This document shows, piece by piece, positions 9,596 to 19,282 of a DNA stretch of 61,307 nt. Origin of the DNA: Deltaproteobacteria bacterium (GTDB taxonomy: Bacteria > Bdellovibrionota > Bacteriovoracia > Bacteriovoracales > Bacteriovoracaceae); NCBI GenBank assembly GCA_006226755.1, contig SBGE01000081.1, positions 1 to 61,307 on the forward strand, in the 5' to 3' direction. The translations under genes were made by a program, and so were the position numbers. The notes beneath the pieces are model-generated. The model did not search any database, was not told where the DNA came from, and saw nothing but the letters and a program-made list of their open reading frames with translations. Every line of letters starts with the position of its first letter. The stretch's first letter is position 1.

Positions 9596-9736
9596 ATCTA
9601 CTTCCTTCGTATCCGCTGTTCACTAGGTAATTAACCGATTTCAGGATCGTAATATAAAACCTTTGGCCTCATTGTGCAAGGGGCTTTGGAAACTTTCTGG
9701 AATTGTTGCCATGCATTAAGTGTGTGAAAGTTCACT

Positions 9737-10720
9737 ATGTTATGCCATAATCAAATCATGTTTGGAAAGCTTTGGGACAAACTCCTCGATACATCAGTCT
9801 TTTTTAGTTTTGATTCGACAGGATTCAAACGACATCAAAAGTACTTTGAATTTGATGATGAGACCTTGAATTTAAAGAATCAGCATCTCTTGGTTACCGG
9901 AGGGAGTAGTGGAATAGGCTTAGCTGCTGTTCGTGAATTCTATATCCGAGAGGCCTCTCAACTGATCATTTGCCGCGATAAAAAAAAGGCCACTGACAAT
10001 ATCTCAAAATTTTATAAAAGTTCTGACAAGGTTGAGATTGATCTAGTGACTGCTGATATGGCCGCTTATCACGAAGTCATTGAGGCCATGGAAAATCGAA
10101 AGCATTATCCGTTTAATGTCGTCGTTTTCAACGCAGGAGGAATGCCTTCTCAAAAATTGTTGAATGCATTTGGGTACGAGAATATATTCGCCAGCCAGGT
10201 CATAGGTCATTATGTTCTATTACGATGGTTGATCGATCGAAATCTTCTTGCTCCTGGATGTCGTATTATATGGGTATCAAGTGGAGGAATGTATCTCAAA
10301 AAACTTGAGCTTGATGATCTTAATTATGTTCAAAGCGAGTACGATAAAATTGGTGCCTATGCTAATGCTAAAAGGGCACAAGTCATTCTGAATGAAGAGC
10401 TTTCCAAAAAGTATTCTGAGAAGGGATGGACTTTCAGTTGTATGCATCCTGGTTGGGTGGATACTGAAGCAGTGAAAGAGGCCCTTCCAGATTTTCATAG
10501 AAAAACTCAGAAGCGATTAAGGAACTCTGATGAAGGAGCTGATACAATCGTTTGGCTGAGTACCGTTCAAAAAGAATTAAAAAGTGGAAAATTTTGGTTT
10601 GATCGAAAAATAAGAGGAATATACCCATTTTTCTGGACCAAGGAAAATAAAGAAGTGAGAGAAAAACTTTTAGATCTTTTGGAAACTCAATACCAAGCAG
10701 CGACGGCAACACTCCAATAA
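9737..10720 (+). CDS. short-chain dehydrogenase/reductase (SDR)
   Basis: VTGGSSGIGLA (TGxxxGxG) and YANAKRA (YxxxK) are present. An alternative start is ATG 9758. Confidence 0.85.
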   Translation: MLCHNQIMFGKLWDKLLDTSVFFSFDSTGFKRHQKYFEFDDETLNLKNQHLLVTGGSSGIGLAAVREFYIREASQLIICRDKKKATDNISKFYKSSDKVEIDLVTADMAAYHEVIEAMENRKHYPFNVVVFNAGGMPSQKLLNAFGYENIFASQVIGHYVLLRWLIDRNLLAPGCRIIWVSSGGMYLKKLELDDLNYVQSEYDKIGAYANAKRAQVILNEELSKKYSEKGWTFSCMHPGWVDTEAVKEALPDFHRKTQKRLRNSDEGADTIVWLSTVQKELKSGKFWFDRKIRGIYPFFWTKENKEVREKLLDLLETQYQAATATLQ

Positions 10721-10750
10721 AAAAACCGCCTTTTAGGCGGTCTCTTTATT
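10719..10750. terminator. bidirectional rho-independent terminator
   Basis: An A-run, then ACCGCC-TTTTA-GGCGGT, then a T-rich tail, placed between convergent stops at 10720 and 10746. Confidence 0.65.
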
Positions 10751-11198
10751 TCTTAACTGTCTTGATTTTTTCTTTGAAGGCTTGACGACGTTTGGTCATA
10801 CTTTCCTGGAACTCTTTTCTTTTCGCTTCAATCATGTCTTTGACTTTTTTACGAGAAGTTTTCATGGCCGTTTTGAATTCCTGTCTTTTCTTTTTTAATT
10901 TTTCTTGGACTTTCTTGTTTTCGTCTTTGTTTCCAAATTCGATGTCGTCTTCAATACCAGAAAGTTCTTTGAAAAACTTTTTAGCTCTTTCGTGATTTTC
11001 TTTAAGTGCTTTCAGTTGAAGTTGATACAATTCTTCTTGATGTTGCTCTCTAAGCTTCAAGTTCTCATCTCTAAAGCTTTTAAACTCTGAAGATAGTTTT
11101 TGTTTTACTTCTGGACTGATTGGACCATCTTTCTGGGCATAGGCATTACTGAATGTAAGCACAAAGGCCAGAGTCAGGATTGAAGTGAGTTTTGTCAT
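10746..11198 (-). CDS. secreted Lys/Glu-rich coiled-coil protein, unknown function
   Basis: Signal peptide (LTLAFVLTFSNAYA) followed by highly charged helical repeats. Confidence 0.65.
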   Translation of the reverse strand: MTKLTSILTLAFVLTFSNAYAQKDGPISPEVKQKLSSEFKSFRDENLKLREQHQEELYQLQLKALKENHERAKKFFKELSGIEDDIEFGNKDENKKVQEKLKKKRQEFKTAMKTSRKKVKDMIEAKRKEFQESMTKRRQAFKEKIKTVKK

Positions 11199-11318
11199 AT
11201 GTCCTCCAAAAATTGGGTTGTTTAGTGGATCCTGATTATTCTACGATCCTGACAAGAAGAAGTTTCACTTCCTTTGAGTTTGACTGAAAAAGCTCTTAAA
11301 ATCAAGATGTTAACAGAC

Positions 11319-11349
11319 TTGAAACTTTTCTTTGTATCAATCGTATAAT
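11319..11349 (+). promoter_or_regulatory. promoter candidate (TTGAAA-N19-TATAAT; also AAC-N16-CGT, ECF-like)
   Basis: TATAAT at 11344-11349 ends 6 nt before ATG 11356, which would imply a leaderless or very short-leader mRNA. This is pattern matching only. Confidence 0.3.
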
Positions 11350-11355
11350 GGAGTG

Positions 11356-11952
11356 ATGGAAAAACTACAGGCTTGGGCCCAAAGTTTATTTCAGGGAGCA
11401 GATTTGACCAAGGTTAGGGATGACTTATTGCTAGAGATGATTGTTTCTGGCAAGAGCGAGGCCTTTGAAATTCTTTATGATAGACACAACGATTTGTTGT
11501 ATCGCTTTCTTTTTAGAATTCTTCTTAATGAAGAAGTTTGCTTGGAAGTTCTCCAGGAAACATGGTTCAAGGTCTATAAAAATACCGAGAAATTTGACGG
11601 AAAAGCTTCTTTTAAAACCTGGCTTTACACAATTGGAAAAAATACCGCTTTTGATCGTTTGAAAAAGAAATCGGATTTACTTTTTGATGAACCTACGACC
11701 ATTGAAACATTTTCAGATGAAGAAGAAGGAATGCTTGAAAATATGGTTCGAGCAGCAACTCGCGAAAAAGTATGGAGTGCTCTTGAACAATTAGCACCTG
11801 ATCAAAAAACAGTTCTCGCCATGTGGATGGAAGAAGTTTCATTAGAAGAAATGGCGCAAGTCATGGAGAGGACACCTCAAGCGATCAAGAATCTGATCCA
11901 TCGATCAAAGAAAAAACTCAAACTTCTCTTGGAAGGAGATGGGCATGAATGA
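11356..11952 (+). CDS. ECF-type RNA polymerase sigma factor (sigma-70 family)
   Basis: Region 2 (LLYRFLFRIL..VLQETWFKVYKN..FKTWLYTIGKNTAFD) and region 4 (LEEMAQVMERTPQAIKNLIHRSKKKL) are present. The track start TTG 11332 is less likely than ATG 11356. Confidence 0.85.
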   Translation: MEKLQAWAQSLFQGADLTKVRDDLLLEMIVSGKSEAFEILYDRHNDLLYRFLFRILLNEEVCLEVLQETWFKVYKNTEKFDGKASFKTWLYTIGKNTAFDRLKKKSDLLFDEPTTIETFSDEEEGMLENMVRAATREKVWSALEQLAPDQKTVLAMWMEEVSLEEMAQVMERTPQAIKNLIHRSKKKLKLLLEGDGHE

Positions 11953-12265
11953 TGAAATTAAAAAAATCCTCAGAGATAAAACCCATGTTGAGCTTAAGTC
12001 GGCTGATAAACAAGCTGTGCTTGAAAATATCATTGGTCAGCAACTCCAGAGCAAACCAAAGTTTTTTCAAAATATTTTTTTACCAGCTGGCTTGGTTGCC
12101 AGCTTCTTAGTCACTTTGATCTTTTTTCAATCTCCGCCGCCGGTCGATGAGCTGGCGTTGATGGACGAGCAGATCAAAACATATTTTGAAATGGAAAGGG
12201 CTCTCGATGAAATTTCAAGTGAAGCTGTGGTTTACACTGATTATCAGTACGACTTGGAAGAGTAA
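11945..12265 (+). CDS. putative anti-sigma factor (single-pass membrane protein)
   Basis: It overlaps the sigma gene stop. GGAAGGAG (11931-11938) lies 6 nt before ATG 11945. It has one central TM (IFLPAGLVASFLVTLIFF). The call rests on position and topology only. Confidence 0.55.
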   Translation: MNDEIKKILRDKTHVELKSADKQAVLENIIGQQLQSKPKFFQNIFLPAGLVASFLVTLIFFQSPPPVDELALMDEQIKTYFEMERALDEISSEAVVYTDYQYDLEE

Positions 12266-12724
12266 TCAAGTACACCAACCGGCACAAATAACTCTCTGAC
12301 CTTTAACAACGGCACCTACACGATGCTCAAATCCATCTTGCCCTGTCAGAAAAACAATTAATTTCCCTAAGGCCTGTGGTTTGATTTCTAAACATTTTTC
12401 TTCACCCTTCTTTCGAAAATAGAGGGAACCCCCTTCAACTTCAGAGGGAAACTCAGTTAAAGAAAGTGAGAAGGCAAGTTTTCTAGAGCCGTCATCATGC
12501 CAGATTCCTTCATCATCAGGAGCTTTTCTGATAGCGACAATATGCTCGATAGATTCAAACTCCTTATAGCTACTAAGGAAGTGAAAAAGGGCCCCTTCGG
12601 ATGAAACGAGTTGCCCCATTTGAGCATCAAGATCGTTCCAATTTTGACTTCTAAGAGAAAGAATGACGCTTGTCGGAAGAGTAAAATCTTGAATTTCAAA
12701 GCCATTTCTTAAAAACTCTTTCAT
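12266..12724 (-). CDS. 2OG-Fe(II) oxygenase-like protein
   Basis: An HxD...H...R arrangement (WHDDG ... FEHRV ... GQRV) sits in a beta-rich 152-aa protein. The call is motif-level only. Confidence 0.6.
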   Translation of the reverse strand: MKEFLRNGFEIQDFTLPTSVILSLRSQNWNDLDAQMGQLVSSEGALFHFLSSYKEFESIEHIVAIRKAPDDEGIWHDDGSRKLAFSLSLTEFPSEVEGGSLYFRKKGEEKCLEIKPQALGKLIVFLTGQDGFEHRVGAVVKGQRVICAGWCT

Positions 12725-12819
12725 CGCTCTCTCATATTAAGCAGTTAATTCAGCGCATTGTTGTAAGGTTCATTGCATCTAGATAGAATTCCCGCCAACT
12801 TTAGTAAGGAACTGAACAC

Positions 12820-15297
12820 ATGTCGAAAGTATTAATTGGTCTTGGCCTTTTGGCCAGTATCTTCACTCTCAATCTTCAAGCAATGGAGAAAGCGAAACCT
12901 GCCTCAACTTTGATACAGGCCTTTAAGTCGCAATGTCCATCTGTTGTCACCAGACATGTCCAAGGTTCAATCGCAAACATCGAAGGCCTGATGTATACCA
13001 TTCAAGCCTTGAAGGCCGATTCCAATTGTTCGGGAGCAAGTGAACTTGAATCTGTTCTTGTCAATTACAACCGAATTTACGGAGAGTATCAGGTCTATCT
13101 TCAGACTCGAGACAGCCAGGTTGAAGCAGAAAATAGAATCTCACGTTTTACACAAATTCTTGATCAAGGTGGAAATACTCCAGAGATTGAATACTTCATT
13201 AGAAATGAAATCTTCATGGCACAAGCAGATTTGATATCTATTAATACTGATTTGGATCGCTTTGATAATTTTGGAAATAACCGTGCAATGGCAGCTGCTC
13301 AACTTTTGACTGGGCTTGAAGGTTTTTTGGGAACTTGGCAAGACAACCCGGCTTGCTTTGAAAAGAAAAGCAGTTTGGTAGGTTCCCTTTTATCTAATGG
13401 ACTCCTTTCTGCAGCAGCTTTCACCAATCCTGGTACGTCTTTGGCATTGGCCGCAGGTGGAGTGATGATTCAATCATTGAATAAATTCATCCATGACTTC
13501 AAATACAACGATGCGATCGGAGATCTCGATGAAATCGAAATGCCAACGGCCATTCGTTGTATTTCTCAGGCCTTTACTGATCAGTATTGTGACGCCCAGG
13601 ATTCGTTGAATCTTATTGACGTTTATAGGAACAATTACGGAAGAGATGATAGTCGACTGAAAGGTGTTGAGCTTCTTTCAAAGCATATGGATCATCTTGG
13701 ACATTGGCTGCAGGAAGTTTACGCTGGTTCGGCCATTACTTCTGAAGGGGATTTGGTCAATAGAGAAAAACCAATTCTTCAAGCGGAACTACTTGAGAAG
13801 GTTATTCGTTATATTCAAACCTATGGAACTATCAGAAGCAGACTCTTCAGTGATATCTCAACTCCGAGAGAGAGAAGTGAAGCTGTTGCCATCGGTATCT
13901 CTAATCTTGTTTCAATAATGAGTTCACCGACATTGACTCCATCTTCAAGTATGGGACCTTTCGGACGAAGCTCTTCGGATGACTCAACAGAAAACCCTAT
14001 CTTTATTTCCAGAGATAAAACTTTACTTCCATATCAGTTATACGATCCAAATATGACCGACGTACCTCTTTGTTCACAAGGTGGTGGTGTTGAAAGAAAA
14101 TGTACCAGCCTGCAAGAGTACACCAGAGTAAAAGGTATTACCCTGACTCTTTCCGATTGGGCAGATGCTCTTCAAAATGCACTTAAAGTCGTTCAAGAAG
14201 TTCTCGAGCAAGTAAATATTGAGAGAGCAAGAACTGTATCTGTTGATTCTTTCAGCGTTTTGGTTCGTGCAAATAGCGATCTTAGAGGTGAAACCAATGC
14301 CATTAGTGCTTTGGTCAAGATTTCCCAAAATGCTGATAGAATTGCTGACTACCTTACAGAGTTGGGATGTAAAGATGATAATGGAAACTTGGTTCTAGAG
14401 AACTGTTATCGTGGAGATAATGGAGAACTTTATCCAGAGATTACTCATCCTTATTCTCCACAAATTACTAATACCAGAAAAACCAAAGAACTTAATGAAG
14501 TAGTCTTGAAAATGGTAAAAGAAGGGTTCAGACCACGTTCTATGCCAGATGACACTCTTCCTGAAGAGTGTGTTACAGCTGCTGACGATCGATTCAGCAC
14601 ATTTAATGCTGACCCCATTGAATTAAAAAGTTTTAAGATTACTTCATGTATCACCAAAGTATTGAAACTTGCTGAAAGAGGGAACGATGTTTTCTTTAGA
14701 AAGATAAGAGACATGGTCGGGTATGAACTTGAAGCCAGATTTTTGAGTGGAGAGTTTGAAGATGAAGTCGGGGACATGGTCTATGCTACGCGAGTAGACT
14801 TGGTTAATGCTCTCTTGGAGACCTATGGACAAGGAAATGGTCGAGTTTCATTGGGGGAAATCTATACTGGACTCGAAACCAGCATGAACTTGACCAGAGA
14901 AAGTTTGAAGGAGTTTATGAACTTCTTCAAAAAAGGCGTGGATAAATCTTTTGAACGCACATTGGCCCGAGGAGAAAAAGCTGATCTATGCTTTAGAATT
15001 CTTCCTGCTCTAGATGAAGAAGATCAAGATCTCATGGAAAATGTCTGGAACCAGTGTTCAAATGTTGAGATGAATTTTTACGCTGAAGGACCAAAACTTG
15101 TTTGGTCTGACTTTGTTGGGCGAAAAACCAGAACGACAATTTTCAGAAATAAGAAACACAAATATTACATCAAAACTGAAAAATCAGAACTTGATAGATA
15201 CTGCGCAATTAAAGATTACAATAGGAAGAACCTTTTGATTGAAGAGTATCGAAGAAGACAAAAAGAGTTCGAAGAAAAACGAAGCATGTTTGAATGA
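12820..15297 (+). CDS. large secreted protein (825 aa), unknown function
   Basis: AAGGA RBS, a signal peptide (LIGLGLLASIFTLNLQA) and scattered Cys residues. No recognisable domain. Confidence 0.7.
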   Translation: MSKVLIGLGLLASIFTLNLQAMEKAKPASTLIQAFKSQCPSVVTRHVQGSIANIEGLMYTIQALKADSNCSGASELESVLVNYNRIYGEYQVYLQTRDSQVEAENRISRFTQILDQGGNTPEIEYFIRNEIFMAQADLISINTDLDRFDNFGNNRAMAAAQLLTGLEGFLGTWQDNPACFEKKSSLVGSLLSNGLLSAAAFTNPGTSLALAAGGVMIQSLNKFIHDFKYNDAIGDLDEIEMPTAIRCISQAFTDQYCDAQDSLNLIDVYRNNYGRDDSRLKGVELLSKHMDHLGHWLQEVYAGSAITSEGDLVNREKPILQAELLEKVIRYIQTYGTIRSRLFSDISTPRERSEAVAIGISNLVSIMSSPTLTPSSSMGPFGRSSSDDSTENPIFISRDKTLLPYQLYDPNMTDVPLCSQGGGVERKCTSLQEYTRVKGITLTLSDWADALQNALKVVQEVLEQVNIERARTVSVDSFSVLVRANSDLRGETNAISALVKISQNADRIADYLTELGCKDDNGNLVLENCYRGDNGELYPEITHPYSPQITNTRKTKELNEVVLKMVKEGFRPRSMPDDTLPEECVTAADDRFSTFNADPIELKSFKITSCITKVLKLAERGNDVFFRKIRDMVGYELEARFLSGEFEDEVGDMVYATRVDLVNALLETYGQGNGRVSLGEIYTGLETSMNLTRESLKEFMNFFKKGVDKSFERTLARGEKADLCFRILPALDEEDQDLMENVWNQCSNVEMNFYAEGPKLVWSDFVGRKTRTTIFRNKKHKYYIKTEKSELDRYCAIKDYNRKNLLIEEYRRRQKEFEEKRSMFE

Positions 15298-16232
15298 AAT
15301 CAAAGAATGTTTTTAAATTGGCAGCACTTTTTGGAGGTGTTGCCTTTTTTATTCTTCTCATCCGTTTTGGACTAAGAGAAGATTCAGAGACATCTTCCAA
15401 GGCAAGGCCAGAAGCTCAAACAATTGTCCTCCCCAAAAAAGAACCAACACCGAAAGATCCGAAGTCGAATGTAACATCCATTCGGAATTCCATAACCAAA
15501 CGTAAGCAAATTGATTCTTCCGCCGAAGAGTTTCTTGAAAAATATAAGCGCTTTCGAGCTTTTACGCCTCTTCTCACTCAAGAAGATAAAAAATGTGCTG
15601 AACAGCTAGAACAAATTATTCCTGGTGAAGATTTTATCGATAGTGCTGATGATATGTATAAAGATTACGGATCAATTATTGAAAAGATCCAAGTCATCAG
15701 TTCATCCCTTTATCGTCCTATTGCTATCAAGGCCTATCAAGCAGCTGAAGAGATTGCCTTTATGCGGGAGTTTGAGAACAGTGATGTCGATGTCATGGAG
15801 TTCTATAGCACCTTGGCCAATATCAATACATGTCGAGACCCTAAAGTTCTCAATTATATGATTACAGCAATGGAGGCCGCCAATAAATTTAACTGGCCTG
15901 CCGAGGCACGAAAAAAACTCATCTCGAATGTCCTTACGGCCATTTATCATGACCTGAATTCAATGCCGACAGCACTTAATCTAAGTTTTTCTATGCATGC
16001 ACTTAATAGTATGTTGGAGCTGGGCTTTGTTAGTGATACCTATCGGAGTGAGGTTGAATATCTTGTCAGTGAAGTAATGGAGCATCAAGTAACTGTCATG
16101 GAAAGACTTGAACCTGGTGGTGACAGACGAAAATCCATACAAGAGTTATTGTTCGATTTTGAGGTGAGAAAGGGAGCCGCAGGTAGATTGAATGATATTT
16201 TATCTAAAATCCAACTAGAAAATGAAAATTAA
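15294..16232 (+). CDS. membrane-anchored protein (312 aa), unknown function
   Basis: 4-nt ATGA overlap with the upstream ORF, and an N-terminal anchor (AALFGGVAFFILLI). Confidence 0.65.
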   Translation: MKSKNVFKLAALFGGVAFFILLIRFGLREDSETSSKARPEAQTIVLPKKEPTPKDPKSNVTSIRNSITKRKQIDSSAEEFLEKYKRFRAFTPLLTQEDKKCAEQLEQIIPGEDFIDSADDMYKDYGSIIEKIQVISSSLYRPIAIKAYQAAEEIAFMREFENSDVDVMEFYSTLANINTCRDPKVLNYMITAMEAANKFNWPAEARKKLISNVLTAIYHDLNSMPTALNLSFSMHALNSMLELGFVSDTYRSEVEYLVSEVMEHQVTVMERLEPGGDRRKSIQELLFDFEVRKGAAGRLNDILSKIQLENEN

Positions 16233-17251
16233 TTTTCCATGCATTGATAAACAGCTTCATTTTTGAAGCCTTTTTCCAAACACATCTTTTGAATCTTTCC
16301 AAGAATATGTTTTCTGAGTGAGCCAGGATACCTCACTTTTCCATCTTCGGGTTTGATAAATTCTCCCACCAAAAGATCACTTTCAGGATAGTTGAGCTGC
16401 ACTTGTCTGTAGACTTCTTTGGTAAACCTAACGACACCAATTGAAACATATTCGAAATAGTCAGCTGGTATTTTTTCTGTCAGCTCGTCGAGTAACTGGG
16501 CGTACTCTGAAAATAGGTTTTCAGAATGAATGATTGGGTCAAGATGAAGTCCGATAGGGTGACCAAGTTTATATAGCTTTTCCATCGCTCTGATTCGAGT
16601 TGATGTCGGTGGACAACCTCGATCAGTCTTTTCTGCTCTTTCTTGAGGAGAGAGACTAAAAGTTGTGATGACATTAGGGAGAGGGGCCATCTTTTCAATT
16701 TCGCGAGTATTAGCAGACTTGGTTCGAAATTCCAGTTTCGCCTCTGGATGATCCTTAAAAAAATCAAAATAGAAAGGAATCTCTCCTGTAAAATGGCTCA
16801 GGGCCAAAGAGTCGGAGAATTCTCCTGCGTGAAACCAGATCGTTTTTTCAGCGTTATTATCAATCAATTGCTTCATTTCTTTTGCAATGTCTTCATGATT
16901 GATGAAGAAGACCATGTCGGGGCTGTTGAAGTATCCTTGAAGATAACAGTATTCACATTCATAAATACAGTTGTAGGCATGAATAAAATAGTAGTGTGGC
17001 TCTCCACCAAGTCCATATGCATCAGGAGCTTGTTTAACCGTTCTACCTTTTTTGGAACCAATGAAAAGATTCAGATTGTCTCTTTTTTGAAGGTAAGGCT
17101 TTTTCACTCTTCCAAAGTAATCTTCAATTTGGTCTATCAGAAAAGGCTCTTTTCTGAGTTTGGACAAAATGTGTAGCGTTCGGGGATGATGTCTGATTTC
17201 TTTTTCGACAAATACTTTTTCAAACATCGAGTTCTCCATCAAGAATCGCAC
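16229..17251 (-). CDS. radical SAM protein, spore-photoproduct-lyase (SplB)-like
   Basis: The CxxxCxxC cluster motif is CIYECEYCYLQGY. Size and layout fit SplB-type DNA lyases. The family assignment was not verified by search. Confidence 0.7.
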   Translation of the reverse strand: MRFLMENSMFEKVFVEKEIRHHPRTLHILSKLRKEPFLIDQIEDYFGRVKKPYLQKRDNLNLFIGSKKGRTVKQAPDAYGLGGEPHYYFIHAYNCIYECEYCYLQGYFNSPDMVFFINHEDIAKEMKQLIDNNAEKTIWFHAGEFSDSLALSHFTGEIPFYFDFFKDHPEAKLEFRTKSANTREIEKMAPLPNVITTFSLSPQERAEKTDRGCPPTSTRIRAMEKLYKLGHPIGLHLDPIIHSENLFSEYAQLLDELTEKIPADYFEYVSIGVVRFTKEVYRQVQLNYPESDLLVGEFIKPEDGKVRYPGSLRKHILGKIQKMCLEKGFKNEAVYQCMEN

Positions 17252-18257
17252 TCATTTGATCAAAATCAAATTTTTGAAGCTGATCAATCGCTTTTGCCAT
17301 TTCATTTTTAGATGAAAACGTTCCTTTTATATGAAGTTGAACTTTTTCGAGGTTCGGATCAAATGTCGGGTTGAGTCCTGCTGCCTTGAGACCAGGAGTC
17401 AGCCTGGAAAGTCTTTTTTCCAGAGTCACTCTATAGGGGTTCAAGAGAGCGTTGAGTTCATTCAACAGTTCTGCCGCTTTTTCTTTTGGACGTGTTTCCT
17501 TTGACAGAATGGAATCAAAATCGATCAATGACTCCAATGAATCTCCTGGAAATTTGATAAAAACTTGTGAGAGTTTTTTTTCTAGGGCCATCATCATGCT
17601 GGAGGTAAAATGAAATTTTTCATAGTGCGGAAGTTCATCTAAAACCAACTTGCTCTTATCATTTGAAGAGTGAAGAGCGTTCCAAGCATCAAATAAATGA
17701 GAGGAGAAAAGATCAGCTTGTTCTTTTACAACCTGACAAATTTCATTTTGCTCTTGAGAAGGAATATCGCTTATTAGCTTCAATGAAGTCACTGGGATTT
17801 TTTCATCTTTAACAGCTCTGCAAATGGCCCACAATTCTCTATCGACGAGACTGGCAAAGGGGAGAAGTTTCTCCGCAGTTTGCTTGTCGAGAACTCTTCT
17901 TGTTGAACTCAGGCAATCAGCTTTCTTAAATGGAGTGATTCTTTCTTGCATAGAAAAGGAATGAAACTGCGCTTTTTCTTCCAGTTCTAGATAGACAGTT
18001 CTAATCTGAATGATTTCATTCTTGGCCAGATTTTCATCCAATGAACCTGCAACACCAAGATTGACGATTTCATTGATGTCAGGATGAGTGGCAATGACCT
18101 TGGATACGGCATTCATGGTTTCAAACAGGCCTTCTCCAGTGATTAGGAGTAGTCCTCGATTGAAACGGTAGAGAGTATTACCTTGAACTTGTGTCAGGTC
18201 CAATTGATCCAGAAAAGCTCTGGCCTCTCCTCTGTGGGCAAAGGTCAAAAGTTGCAT
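17220..18257 (-). CDS. nucleoside phosphorylase/nucleosidase-fold (PNP_UDP-like) protein with a helical C-terminal extension
   Basis: The N-terminus (MQLLTFAHRGEARAF...LLITGEGLFETMNAVS...VNLGVAGSL) resembles Pfs/futalosine-hydrolase-type folds, but the similarity is weak. It overlaps the downstream radical SAM ORF by up to 32 nt. Confidence 0.5.
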   Translation of the reverse strand: MQLLTFAHRGEARAFLDQLDLTQVQGNTLYRFNRGLLLITGEGLFETMNAVSKVIATHPDINEIVNLGVAGSLDENLAKNEIIQIRTVYLELEEKAQFHSFSMQERITPFKKADCLSSTRRVLDKQTAEKLLPFASLVDRELWAICRAVKDEKIPVTSLKLISDIPSQEQNEICQVVKEQADLFSSHLFDAWNALHSSNDKSKLVLDELPHYEKFHFTSSMMMALEKKLSQVFIKFPGDSLESLIDFDSILSKETRPKEKAAELLNELNALLNPYRVTLEKRLSRLTPGLKAAGLNPTFDPNLEKVQLHIKGTFSSKNEMAKAIDQLQKFDFDQMSAILDGELDV

Positions 18258-18331
18258 AAATGGAAATTACCGAATGCGTTATGACAAGTCAATTGACCCG
18301 TGAGAATACAGAGACCGAAAGGAGCTCTATT

Positions 18332-19282
18332 ATGGGGAAATTATTAGAAAACCTTGGATCTTTACCTCTCGGATTTGGTGGTGCCGCCATCAGTGGAGAA
18401 GGCGGAGGTTATGGCTTTGGAAAAATATCTGAAGACCATGCAATCGGACTTTTGAAAGAGGCAAAAGATAGAGGTGTGAAGCTATTTGATACTGCTCCGA
18501 TATATGGATTCGGAATGAGTGAGCAACGGATAGGTAAGGCCTTTCAAAAAAACCGTGATGAAGTTTTTATTGTTTCGAAGTCAGGTGTAACATGGCATGA
18601 AAATAAACGGGTAGACATGACAAATGACCCCCTGGTTACCCAAAAAATGCTTGAACAAAGTTTAAGAGACCTTCAAACAGACTATATCGATCTTTATATG
18701 ATTCATTGGCCTGATGAAAGAGTTGATATCAGACGTCCAATGGAAGTTCTCTCTAAAGCAAAGGATCAGGGGAAAATTAAACACATTGGTCTATGCAATA
18801 CTTTTGAAGAAGATCTCGACAAGGCGATGGAAGTAGATCGGATTGAGGCCATTCAATGTCAAATGAATCTTTTTGAGCCAGAAGTTGTAGAGAGGCTTTT
18901 TCCCTATTTGAACAAACATGAAATCAGTTTTATGAGTTGGGGAACTTTGGATAAAGGAATTCTAACCAAACGAGTTGATGAAAAAAGGACTTTCGATAAA
19001 GATGATTGTCGTTCGTGGGCACCTTGGTGGAAACAAATGGACAATAAACCGAAATTTGAAAAACTTAAGAAGATCTGGCCTCTCATTGAAGAACACGGTC
19101 ATTCTCCTGTTGAGCTGGCGATTGGTTTTAATCTTTCTCACCCAGAGTGTTCTATGGTTCTTTGTGGTGCTAGAAATGAAGAGCAATTAGATGGTGTTTT
19201 GAACGCCATGGCAAATCTTCCAAAACCTGCTCTGATTGAAGAGGTCCTTGAGATCGTAAATGAGGACACATCTAAAAAATGA
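18332..19282 (+). CDS. aldo/keto reductase
   Basis: AAAGGAG lies 8 nt before ATG 18332. Motifs LFDTAPIYGFGMSEQRIGKAF and IDLYMIHWPD are present. Confidence 0.85.
   Translation: MGKLLENLGSLPLGFGGAAISGEGGGYGFGKISEDHAIGLLKEAKDRGVKLFDTAPIYGFGMSEQRIGKAFQKNRDEVFIVSKSGVTWHENKRVDMTNDPLVTQKMLEQSLRDLQTDYIDLYMIHWPDERVDIRRPMEVLSKAKDQGKIKHIGLCNTFEEDLDKAMEVDRIEAIQCQMNLFEPEVVERLFPYLNKHEISFMSWGTLDKGILTKRVDEKRTFDKDDCRSWAPWWKQMDNKPKFEKLKKIWPLIEEHGHSPVELAIGFNLSHPECSMVLCGARNEEQLDGVLNAMANLPKPALIEEVLEIVNEDTSKK

Noticed and set aside
16643-17176. 177-aa plus-strand ORF inside the radical SAM gene. Similar long antisense ORFs occur at 22854..23279, 14451..14777, 33750..34109 and elsewhere.
   Set aside because: Each lies fully within a longer ORF that has recognisable family motifs on the other strand or in another frame. 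They have no RBS and look like AT-rich antisense shadows.
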